From assembly GCA_023334545.1 (NCBI GenBank), contig JAADVB010000053.1:24282-88281 (forward strand): 64,000 nucleotides of DNA, written 5' to 3'. A model generated the notes under the pieces. The model saw only the letters and a list, made by a program, of their open reading frames with translations. It was not told the origin of the DNA and did no database searches. This stretch comes from Salisapilia sapeloensis CBS 127946 (taxonomy: Eukaryota; Protista; Oomycota). This document shows positions 39,577 to 49,691 of the stretch, in pieces. A program made the position numbers and the translations under genes. Within the stretch, counting starts at the first letter, position 1. Each line of letters starts with the position of its first letter.

Positions 39577-42427
39577 ATGCAGAGCTCTTCCTCGTCTTCA
39601 GCGGCGTACTCGACGACTGTCGAGACATGGCAGCCTTCGAGTGCTGATGAGAGACAATACTATGACCAGCTCTTTCAAATGGCTGATGAAATGCACCAGA
39701 ATGCTGTCGGTGGACGCGCTGCCGTCGCGTTTTTCATGCGATCCAAGCTAGATAAGAGCCAATTGCGCGAGGTACGGTCTCTTCCCTCGTCCTATGTAGG
39801 ATCTGGACGTGAGGCTGATGTATTGCATAGATTTGGAACGTAGCGAATGCACGTCAGCAAGCAGAGCTGTCTCGCAGCGAGTTCTATGTCGCAATGCGAC
39901 TTATTAGTTTGGCGCAGCAAGGCGAACCGGCGACGAAGGACAGCTTCTTGCAATCAGCCGGCAAGAGCTACCCCATGCCAAGGCTTACAGGAGCTCCCCC
40001 TCCGCCACAACCAAAGCCAAAGGCACCCACGCCTCCAAGTAGCACCTCTGGCAATGGATATGCAGTGTCCGAGAGCGAGAAAACCAAGTACGACGGAATT
40101 TTCCAGCAGTACGATACGGATCATGATGGGCTATTACATGGCAAAGAAGCTGTGTCTCTATTCCAATTATCCGGTCTGGATCGAGATGTATGTCGTCATA
40201 TTTAATGCTCTATTAAAGTCATTGGAAACTGATCTTGTGGTGATTCTAGACGCTCCGATCGGTGTGGAATATGGCGGATCGTGGCAAAGATGGATATCTT
40301 GATATCAAAGAGTTTTATATTGCCATGCACTTGATCGTTTGTGTGAGCAAACGCAATCTTTCGATGCCATTAGAACTTCCTCAGGATCTGCTTGACTCTA
40401 TTTTTGAGGCTTCTGTCCCGACAAACGATGCTTTTACTGGCTTCTCAGGCGATGCCATGTCCATGTCCAACTCGATGCACAGTCTAACCTCCCAATCCAC
40501 TCAAGGTCAACAGCCAAAGGTCGATCCGATGGATGCCTTTGCGTCGCTCTCGGTCACGAGTGATGCTGAACAGCCACCTGTAACTCCTACTGTCCCTGCA
40601 CCTGTACAACAGCCATCCATGAGCTCTCAGTCACTACAGCAGCAAGGAGATCAGTTCGGTGCGCAACCGAACATGATGGGCTTTGGATCTAGTATGCCAA
40701 GTGCTGAGCCACGCAAAGAGCGCTCAAACTCTGGTTCATCTCTTGGTGCCATGTCTCTCTCAAGTCTGCACGCTCCGTCGGAACAGTTCGACTTTACGAG
40801 TATGGGGCAGCAGATGTACCAAGCAAAGCCTAGTGGAATGAATATGAACGTCGCTCCTGTCGTGCAAGAGACTCCTTCACCTACGAAACCTTTTATGAGT
40901 GAAGAGCAGGAGCTACAAGCTGCAAAGCAACTTGATCGCCAGAGTAAAGCGACGATCGAAACGCTTTCGGCACTGGAGGAGCGGCAGACTATGGTCGAAA
41001 CGCTTTCGAAGCAACTGAAAGAGTTGGATCAATTGCGAAGTGACTTGGCTTCTCTCTGTCTTCGAAGAGAGACGTTGAGAGCGACGGCTAGTAGCATGAC
41101 ATCTACGACAGATTCTGATCCGAAAGAAATGTTGTCCAAGAGGACAGCGGAGAATAATCTGAAAGACCTGGTGTCGAGCACGAGGCAGCATGTCGAGGCT
41201 TTAGAGACGGAAGTTGCCGATTGTGAAGAGCAGGTGCGAGAGATGGCGATGCGGCCACCGCAAGGTCAAGTGACTCCACCGACTGCTGTGTCCGAGGCTT
41301 CTTTTTCTGCCGACCAAACACTTCAATCGTCGACTTCTTCTTTCACGAACGGACATGGCAGCTTTGTTCCTTTAAATCAGCATGAATCTCAGTCTGTGTC
41401 AGAGGACGGAATGGATGCGTCGTTTACGCCAAGTCTAAAGCCGTCAGAAGCTCCTACAAGTGATGCTTTCTCTGACTTTGGTACGTCGTACGCGACAGTT
41501 GTGAACCAGCCTTCACCTCAGAACGAAACGACCGACTTTTTCGCTGACTTTGAAGCGCCTAAAGCGTCTCCTTCATCTGTCTCGAATGACTTTGCGGATC
41601 TAGGATCGTCTGTCGCGAGTGATACAGCAAGGGAACTGCCGACAAGTGACTCGGTCGACTTGTTTGATTCTCAACCGGAGGTGTCCGTCCCTCCTCTAGC
41701 TGAAGCGTCTCAATCGTCTACGGACAACGCAAACTTCTTTCCGGTAGATGATGAAAAGGAGACAGTAGCGTCTAGTAGAGAAGGTTTAAATGTTAGCTTT
41801 GGAGCGTCGTTTACGAGTGATAACGCAGGACAGTCGTCTGCGACAGATGCACTGGACATTTTCTCGTCTGCTGAAGCTGTGGCACCACCTCGATCTGCTG
41901 TTGCCGATGACTTTGCAGACTTTGGATCATCCTTTTCATCTGATGCACCTAAGTCGTCACCAGTGAATGCAACGACTGACTTTTTCGGTACGAGTGAAGA
42001 GCCTCCGAAGCAGTCTCTAGACGATGATTTTACTTCGTCTTTTTCTTCCGAGCCGAAGCAATCGAGTTCAAACTTTGGTACTGACTTTTTCGGTCCAAGT
42101 GACGCAACGGAGAAGCCATCAGGAGACAGCTTTGCTGACTTTGGATCGTCCTTCTCGTCGGATGCACCAAAGGCATCGGATGTAAACGATATGACTGACT
42201 TCTTTGGCCCTCAAGAAGAAACACCAAAGCAGTCTGCTCTTAGTGCTGACTTTGGTGACTTTGGATCGTCGTTTTCATCCAACCCACCACCGTCATCTAG
42301 TAACGGCACAAGTAAGCCAGGTGAAGATGCGTCTACAGAGTTTGCGGACTTTGCGGACTTTGAAAGTGCTCCTGCTTCTACGTCTTCTTCTCGTCAGGAC
42401 TTTGATGCCTTTGCTGCATTTGACTAA
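39577..42427 (+). CDS. EH-domain endocytic/TGN accessory protein (Eps15/gamma-synergin-like)
   Basis: Two EH domains (YDQLFQMAD..VGGRAAVAFF..S.L..LREIW; YDGIFQQYD..DGLLHGKEA..F..SGL..L..VWNMAD), then a coiled coil and an acidic tail with DFADF repeats. Confidence 0.9.
41880..42300 (+). repeat. Internal protein repeats D[DS]FADFGSSFSSDAPK..TDFFG..E..PKQS
   Basis: Near-identical units at about 41905-42015 and 42125-42235, plus partial copies. Confidence 0.85.
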
Positions 42428-42530
42428 GATGAATAAAAAGATCAAAGTACATGTACGTGTTCGTTTTACAAGTTTCGTTCTAGCATGACGCGAGTGAAGA
42501 GTCACGAAAGTACTTTTACCAGTGCAAAAA

Positions 42531-44375
42531 ATGAGTACGGAAACTGTGTTAGAAGGTGTGCTTGAGAAGAAGGTGAGATACTTCGAGCTAGGTGGCTAGC
42601 AAGTACTAATGTGTCAAGTAGAAACAACATGGTAGTGGATGGAAGAAGCAGCGAGTTGTGCTGACACCGTCCCAGTGGATCGTGTTTAACACGTCACAAG
42701 ACTTTTGTGCACAGTCGAGTGTTGCGGCGGCCGAGATCACGAATGTCATGACAGAGCAAGAGGATCGAGTCTTCTCTGTCGTCACTGCTCATAAGAGGAG
42801 CAAGTATCGAACGATGGATAACAATGAACGAAACGCATGGCTGCAAGCGCTGGCAGAAGTCACGAACATTGCTCCAGTGTGTGCGACGACGAGTATGAGT
42901 GGACTGAGTCGTTCCCAGACCGAAAATTCAAGGTCTACCAAGACCAGCAAGACTGGTTCCAGTCAGACGGAGTTGGTTAAGCTCTGTGACCAATTCAGAC
43001 CGTGGCTCGTTCGGAATAATGCGAAGGATAGTGAAAGTTTTACAGGCCAGCAGCTACTGCACTTCTTGGAGCAAACATTTCCAGAGGCCTCAAAGGATGA
43101 ACACTCTGCTACCATCCAAGAGTTGCGCACTCGACAATTCATCAAGGCGTTAAACAACGACCGTGGAGATGATGAGTTGAGCTACCAGTTCACCAAAAGT
43201 TTTACCTGGTCCGGTAAAAAGTTTTCTGTCTTCCACAAGGGAAATAAGGAGGAGATTGATAAGGTGAGTACATGCAACCAGGTAAAGTAGTTTGACCGAT
43301 CTAGTACGCGTAAAAATGCTTACAGGGTGCATGTAGGACGATGATCCGACCGTCACTGTCGCTGCCTACCCGACATACATTCGAACCATGGAGGAAATTA
43401 CCAGTATGCACGACCGAATTAGTGATTTGCGACAGCGTGTACAAAGCTGTTCTAATCCAACAGAAGCACTTCTCTCTGCAACGAGTAAGCCGAACAAAGG
43501 TACGTTCGACCACAGTAACTTCATTAACATCAACAAACATAAGCAACTAGACATAGTTAATAACGCTACTGAGGAGGTGAACAACGCCTTGATTTATTCA
43601 CCAAATTTGGCACTACGTGATGCCGAAATCGTATTGTACGATTTGGAAGCATCTTTGGAGGAGCGCGATCTGGACCAAGTGGTCGAAAAACTGCTAGAAT
43701 GGGAGAAGAGGAAGCATGATGCAAGTGATGTATCTGATCATGTTTGTCTACTGTAACTTGCTAGTCTTCGCTCTAGCTAATGTTGCTCATGGCTAGATAC
43801 AAGACTTCCACAATCGGTTCGTTCAAGCCTTGCGTGATCAGACACAAGCGCTGACCAAAATAGCATCAACACACATCGAGGAAGTGAAAACATACATACG
43901 ATGTCTCAATCGTCTTGGTGAACGATCGATGGCATCCAGCCTTTTCCTTGACGTGTTCTCCGTCCAGCTCAAGCTCCGACTCCAACAAGTGGCAACTTGC
44001 TTAGATTCGTCCGATTTTGTCGCGTCCATCTCTAAGATCTTCTTCGCTAGCTTACTAGAGTTCCATCACACTTTCCAGCTCATGTACACCCTCTCCTTCT
44101 TCCTCTTTACAGCACAATACCAACTTCCAACAGTGTAGATGACCAAGCTGAAGCGTTCTCTCATTGGGCGCAGCGTCAAGTAGAAACCTACGTCCATCGC
44201 ATGCATCCTCACGTCCAAAACATGTCCAACACACCGCAACTAACAAAATACATCCTCCACATGGCAGACCAAGTCGACGCCGCCGTCCCCAACCTCGCAG
44301 CGACGTCTCATCTCTCAAGTTTCCACATGAAATAAACGTCAAACCTCTTCAAGATACACATGTTACGAACAGTTA
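42531..44375 (+). CDS. PH + DEP-like + Exo84-C-like helical protein, multi-exon
   Basis: VLEGVLEKK..GWKKQRVVL..ERNAWLQAL (PH); SFTGQQLLHFL (DEP-like); YIRCLNRLGE..SLFL..FVASISKIFF (exocyst Exo84-like). The last assignment is tentative. Confidence 0.65.
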
Positions 44376-44468
44376 AGTGCTGGGTTACCTGTTAAATAAA
44401 CGATTGGCTGCCGCTTGCAACGCTCTGCTAGCAGCATCCACTCGATCGTCACTTCCGAACCAGTCGCC

Positions 44469-47400
44469 ATGGTCAAGCGCAAGAAGCACGACAAGGATAA
44501 ATACTACAACTTGGCACGGCAGCAAGGCTACCGAGCTCGGTCTGCCTTCAAGCTCATCCAGTTGAACAAAAAGTATGACTTTTTGTCCACAGCCAAGGTC
44601 TGCATCGATCTATGTGCTGCACCGGGTGGATGGTGTCAAGTCGCTGCAAAGTACATGCCTGCTTCGAGCATTATCCTCGGTATCGATCTCTTGCCGATTC
44701 GACCAATCCGTGGTGTCAAGACGTTCCAGTGTGATATCACGACGCCGAGGTGTCGTCAGATTATCAAGCAAGAGACGCAAAGCTGGCAAGCGGATGTCGT
44801 CCTGTGTGACGGTGCACCAAACGTTGGTGCCCAATATGCCAAGGATGCGTACGTTCAGAATGAACTCTCGCTCGTGGCGTTGAAACTCGCCGTCGACGTC
44901 ATGGGACGTGGAGCTACTTTTGTAAGCAAAGTCTTCCGTTCGCAAGATTACAATGCCTTGCTCTGGGTCTTCAAGCAGCTCTTTAAGAAAGTCAGTGCGA
45001 CGAAACCACTGTCATCTCGTAACGAGTCTGCTGAAATCTTTGTCGTGTGCGAGCACTACGTTGCTCCTCACTCGATCGACCCGAAGCTCTTCGATCCAAA
45101 GTACGTCTTTGATCAACTGGAGAACCAAGACAAGGGTATCACGATCTTCCATCCCAAGTTTGGTGACCGAAAGCGTCATCGAGAAGGTAAATTGCGTTTT
45201 CTTGTACAAAAATCGGCTACTCTATTACTAGAGTCGCTAGCTCTCAGTCCCCCATTGGTTGCTAGTGCTCCCCGTAGCCAAGAATAAAATCAAGCCCCCT
45301 GCCTCTTATCTGCAATGTCTTCGGACGTTGCTGTGGATGTAGAGCTAGGGGGAGATCTATGACATTTCTTTTTATATGTATGTATCGGCTACTCTATTAC
45401 TAGAGTCGCTAGCTCGCATTCAACCATTGGATGCTAGTGCTCCCCGTAGCCAAGAGCAACATCAAGCCTACTGGCTCGCGCACTTAAAGCTTGTTCTTCA
45501 TTCGTGGAGAGCTTGTCGTGGGCGTGTGGTCAGGGGAGATCTATGACATTCTCTTTATATACACGACGTTCTTGTGTGAGCATTTTGCTGACAATTGGAT
45601 GCTCTCGTAGGTTACGATGAATCGCTTGGTGTCACTTTGACAAATGAAGTGAGCGTCTCGCAGTTTGTGGACTCATCCGATCCGATCCGTATGCTGACGG
45701 ATGCAACTTCGATCCACTTCCGTGACGGAGATGAAGTCTATCGCGACCACTCTGCTACTTCAGACGAAGTTGTGAATTGTCTTGGCGATCTAAAGGTACG
45801 ATTTACTTTTCATTCTTTCACGTGGGGAAAGAAATGAAGAGAAGCTGAAAACGTCCGAGCGCCACTGTTGTTCCGGCGCCGGATTCATTTCTGGTAAAAC
45901 CCTCCGGAAGCCAGTGGTTAGCGCATGATGTATAACTTGCATCCTATTGCTGTCTGATCTTTCCCCTGCATCTTTACTCTTATTGTCCATAGACGTACTC
46001 ACGTCTTCTGAACTAGGTTCTTGGCAAGTCGGACTTTAAGATGCTACTTCGATGGCGGTCTAAGATGCTCGAGTACAAGAAAGAGCTCATTCGTCAAGAA
46101 GCTGGTGACGAAGACGAGGACGAGAAAGAGTCTGACAAAGACGATGAGGAAGACGGTAGCAAGAACATGACGGATCAAGAGAAAGACGCGATGATCCGAG
46201 AGGAACTCGCTCAGCTCCGTGCCAACGTCCAAGCGAAGAAGAAGCGCGAGAAGAAGAAGGTGCGTTCACGCTGCATGCAACTGTATATTTGTTGGCGTAT
46301 TAAAGTAGTCCACATCCGCACTGCTTCCTTGGAAGTGGACTCCCGTTATTCGCCTATACGAAACCAACTCCTAATCCCGAGTGGCCTCTTTCCCATGGGC
46401 TTCAGCGGTCGATCTGGGTCGGACACTTCGTTCTGTATAAACATCGGCAGCAATCCAAAGCCCCGACCGATCCTATTCGGTCGGTTATGGTCCTTGAACA
46501 GATCGGCTATTGACGCTGCCAAGATTGAAACCCAATGCAGCCTCAGCTATCCTGAACCTTCTGAACCATGGGTTCTGGACCGTTCTTGTGCTCATACATG
46601 ACAACTATATGTGTCTCTATCTTCATGACATCCATACTTACATCTTTTCAACCTTTAGGAACGTGAACGCAAGAGGAAGCTGCGTGTACGTGCTGCTCTG
46701 GGTATGAACGAGCAAGGTATTGATCCGACGGAAGCCGAGTCGATCTTTAGCCTTTCGAGTGTCAAGATGACCAAGGGCAAGGCTGATAACTTGGAGAATG
46801 TTGATGCATCTTCGTCAGAAGAAGAGGAAGAAGAGGAGGAGGAGAAGGAAGGGGAGAGCGATGAAGAGTACCAGAAGTTGTTGGAAGGTCAAATGGACAA
46901 GTTGTACGATGAGTACTTGAGTCGTCGTGGTGACAAGGAGAAGGGTCGGAAGGCTATCAAGCGGTCCAAGGTCGCGAAGCGTGCGATTGCTGGCGATGCT
47001 GTCATCCAAGACAGCGAGATGTATGATGGTGACAAGGACCAGTACCGTCAGATGATCAACCCGGAGGAGGTATGTAGCTGCTCTTTTCTTTTGTATAGAA
47101 ACCCCCACGCAGTGTTATCTGTTCCGAGTCCACCCGTACTCTTGTTCAGTTGTCAAACGTGGGGAAGATTAACTTGGGGGTGACATTGTCTGCCCAGTAT
47201 GTCTCGTTGCAGTACACGGCATGTCGGTCCTGATTCACCCCCACATCCATCTACCTTCTACTCCTTATACTCAGTATCTTACTCTTGTGCGTTATAGAGC
47301 TCCGATGATAGTGATGATGAGACGGAGAAGCTCAATGTGTCTTTGAAGACCAAGGAGAAACCGAACGCTGCTGTTGCTCGTTGGTTCTCGGATAACAAGT

Positions 47401-48362
47401 TGTTCGATGATGTCGATGAGAAAGAGTCGTTCGACGTCACGGAAATGCCCAAGACGGATAAACAAGTCCGAAAGGAGAAGCGGAAGGCGACTCGTGAACG
47501 TCAAGAGCGACGTACCCAGCGGAAGGAGAAGAAGGAGGCTGCGGAGCTTGATCAAGAGGTCACTACTGGCTTTGACGTTGCTGCTGCGAATGACGAGAGC
47601 GACAGTGAAGATGAGCCGTCGGGCGAGTCTGCGAAAAAGAAGGCGTTGATCCGATCTGGTATGGGTGCAGCTCTCCAGTCCGAGAGTGAAGCGAAGGAGA
47701 AGCCGTTTGAAGTCGTGAGTGCCAATGAACCAGAGACGGGGGCTGGTGGCTTGCCGGTGCATGATGACCGCAAGTACGACTCGGATCATGAAGAGTACGA
47801 TGCCGAAGACCGCGCTCGAACGCTTGCTTTGGCGACGATGATGACAAAGAAGTCGCAAGCTAAAGACATGCTTGATGCTAGTTACAATCGGTATGCGTGG
47901 AACGATCCGAGTACTCTTCCCGAGTGGTTTATGGATGATGAAGAGAAGCATTACCGTCCTCAGATTCCGATCTCGAAGCAAGTTATGGCGCAAATGCGTG
48001 AGCGATTCATGGACTTGGCGACAAAGCCTGTGAAGAAGGTGGCAGAAGCACGAGCTCGTAAGAAGCGTCTGCAGACAAAGAAGGCGACTCAAGCGAAAAA
48101 GAAGGCGACAGATATTGCCAACCTACCGGATATGTCTACGCGTGAGAAGCTTAAGGCTATTGATAAGGCCATGAAGGGCGCGGAGCTCAAGAAGCAGAAC
48201 AAGGTCTACGTCGTGTCTCGACGTGGTGGCAAGTCGAATGCCAAGGGATCGACTGGCAGTGGCAAGGTGAAACTTGTGGACTCTCGTATGCGATCGGATA
48301 AGCGAGGTGCGGAGAAGAATGGGAAGACGAAGAAGAAGGGCAAGAAGAGTAAGAAGAGATAA
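44469..48362 (+). CDS. SPB1: Pre-rRNA 2'-O-methyltransferase Spb1/FTSJ3; introns 45187-45610, 45796-46016, 46260-46658, 47070-47297
   Basis: [85 protein letters not shown]. Confidence 0.97.
45214..45367 (+). ncRNA. Predicted H/ACA snoRNA copy A (SPB1 intron 1)
   Basis: Hairpin ggctac/gtagcc with upper stem gctagc/gctagt, H box AGAATA at 45281, second hairpin cccct/agggg, and ACA at 45362. Confidence 0.8.
45386..45551 (+). ncRNA. Predicted H/ACA snoRNA copy B (tandem paralogue, SPB1 intron 1)
   Basis: Stems and pocket of the 5' hairpin match copy A; H box AGAGCA at 45453; conserved 3' end ggggagatctatgACAtt. Confidence 0.8.
45824..45966 (+). ncRNA. Predicted C/D box snoRNA with a long internal hairpin (SPB1 intron 2)
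   Basis: Perfect 9-bp terminal stem ggggaaaga/tctttcccc; C box ATGAAGA (45834); candidate D' CCGA (45855); C' ATGATGT (45925); D CTGA (45954). Confidence 0.78.
46294..46428 (+). ncRNA. Predicted H/ACA snoRNA (SPB1 intron 3, first)
   Basis: ggcg/cgcc lower stem, tccac/gtgga upper stem, H box ATACGA at 46356, second hairpin, ACA at 46423. Confidence 0.62.
46446..46606 (+). ncRNA. Possible H/ACA-like RNA (SPB1 intron 3, second)
   Basis: Stems ggcagc/gctgcc, agcc/ggct and ccgaccga/tcggtcgg; degenerate H box AGATTG; second hairpin gaacc/ggttc; ACA at 46596 or 46601. Confidence 0.5.
47103..47248 (+). ncRNA. H/ACA snoRNA, snR35/SNORA13-like (SPB1 intron 4)
   Basis: ccccacg/cgtgggg stem, H box AGATTA (47166), gggggtga/tcaccccc stem, ACA (47243). 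Pocket GTGTT + GTCAAA pairs with 18S UUUGAC-U-C-AACAC, with the 3' guide starting 14 nt before the H box. Confidence 0.88.
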
Positions 48363-48508
48363 CTTGTCTCGTCGTCGTTTCTGTATAGTACGTAGATAGG
48401 GAGTGATATTTTAATGAAACTTTCTCTTTCACTGTGTGAACTTTTCGAGTTGAAAGGAGTTTGGAAGGTGAGCTGAGCACAGGAAGAGACTTGTATTTGA
48501 TAGAGTGC

Positions 48509-49460
48509 TTAGCCTCGGAACGATCGAGAGAATTGTTCGCGTGCCGATGCAAAGGCCTACAAGTTGGAGTGAGATAGAGTAGCTGTACAAGGTGATAGGA
48601 GAAACGGACTTGTGAAATCGTGAGCTCGTTCACTGGCACTTCCTGGTTGATTCCCTGTGACGATCGAGTTAGTGTTTGTGGTGTCTAGTCCGATGTAGAA
48701 CGAGGGGTATACCCGCATGAGTACGCGGTTGACGATCGAGGATGAGTCTGCTTCTAGAATGACTCTGAAAGCAGCATTGAATAGCGTGAGAAGGAGAATG
48801 GAGATTTGTAGAGCGTAGGAAGACGTACCCTCCATCGACGACCTCGTCGAACGTCAGCAAGACCATCTCAATGTTGTCTAGCATAACCATGCGTTCCATA
48901 CGGCCCCTGTTTTGTGATACAATCTCGTTAGGTCGAGTGCAGAACTGGGGATTTGATGGACGTACTTGAGCAGCGTGCTGACGGCATCGAATGCAGCTTC
49001 CAAGACATGAAGCAGGACGACTTCATTCTGTTAGATATCGAGTGAGCTTGTCTGCGTTATACCATAGCAAAGGAGTATGGCTGACCTCTGTGGAGGACCC
49101 GATGACGTGCATGGTGACATCTGCGCCACTGCGATAAACGCTGACAATGTTTTCAATCAGCACAATATCGGCTAGAGACCACAAAATAGCGTCAATACAG
49201 CAGCCTCTACATCCATACCAACATTGCAAGTCCAATACCTTCCATCCGCGGGTTGGAGTTCTTCGTTTTCGCGTAGATCTTTTTCTCGAGCGCAGCCTTG
49301 TCCTTGTTGGACCCCATAGTCTGGTCGTAGTACTTGGCATACACGCGATTGCCCTCGCTATCCAGCACAATAATACCCTTTACATTCGGTGTCGTCACCT
49401 ATGTATTCCATCAGCCTCTGCAAGTCTCCAAACAGCCATCCTAACGCCTACCTTGGCCAT
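48509..49460 (-). CDS. COPZ1: Coatomer subunit zeta, multi-exon
   Basis: VKGIIVLDSEGNRVYAKYY, ENIVSVYRS, LDNIEMVLLTFDEVVDGG.ILEAD, AFASAREQFSRSFRG. Confidence 0.93.
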
Positions 49461-49691
49461 AGCTGATCGATTTCCACGCGTTTAGTTGTTTGCTAGGTCG
49501 AAATAGCCTAAAACAACGCAATTAAAACGGAATTAGATAAAAGAACGCAATTACGATAAGAGTAACTAAAACCAAAGGATTAAATCTTATTATGCACGTG
49601 CGGCCGCCAGTACCACGTCTTCGGTCCATGTGTATCGAGCTTCGTCGTTCCAAAGGACAAAAAATTAACAATCGATCTGTTTCTACTTGCT

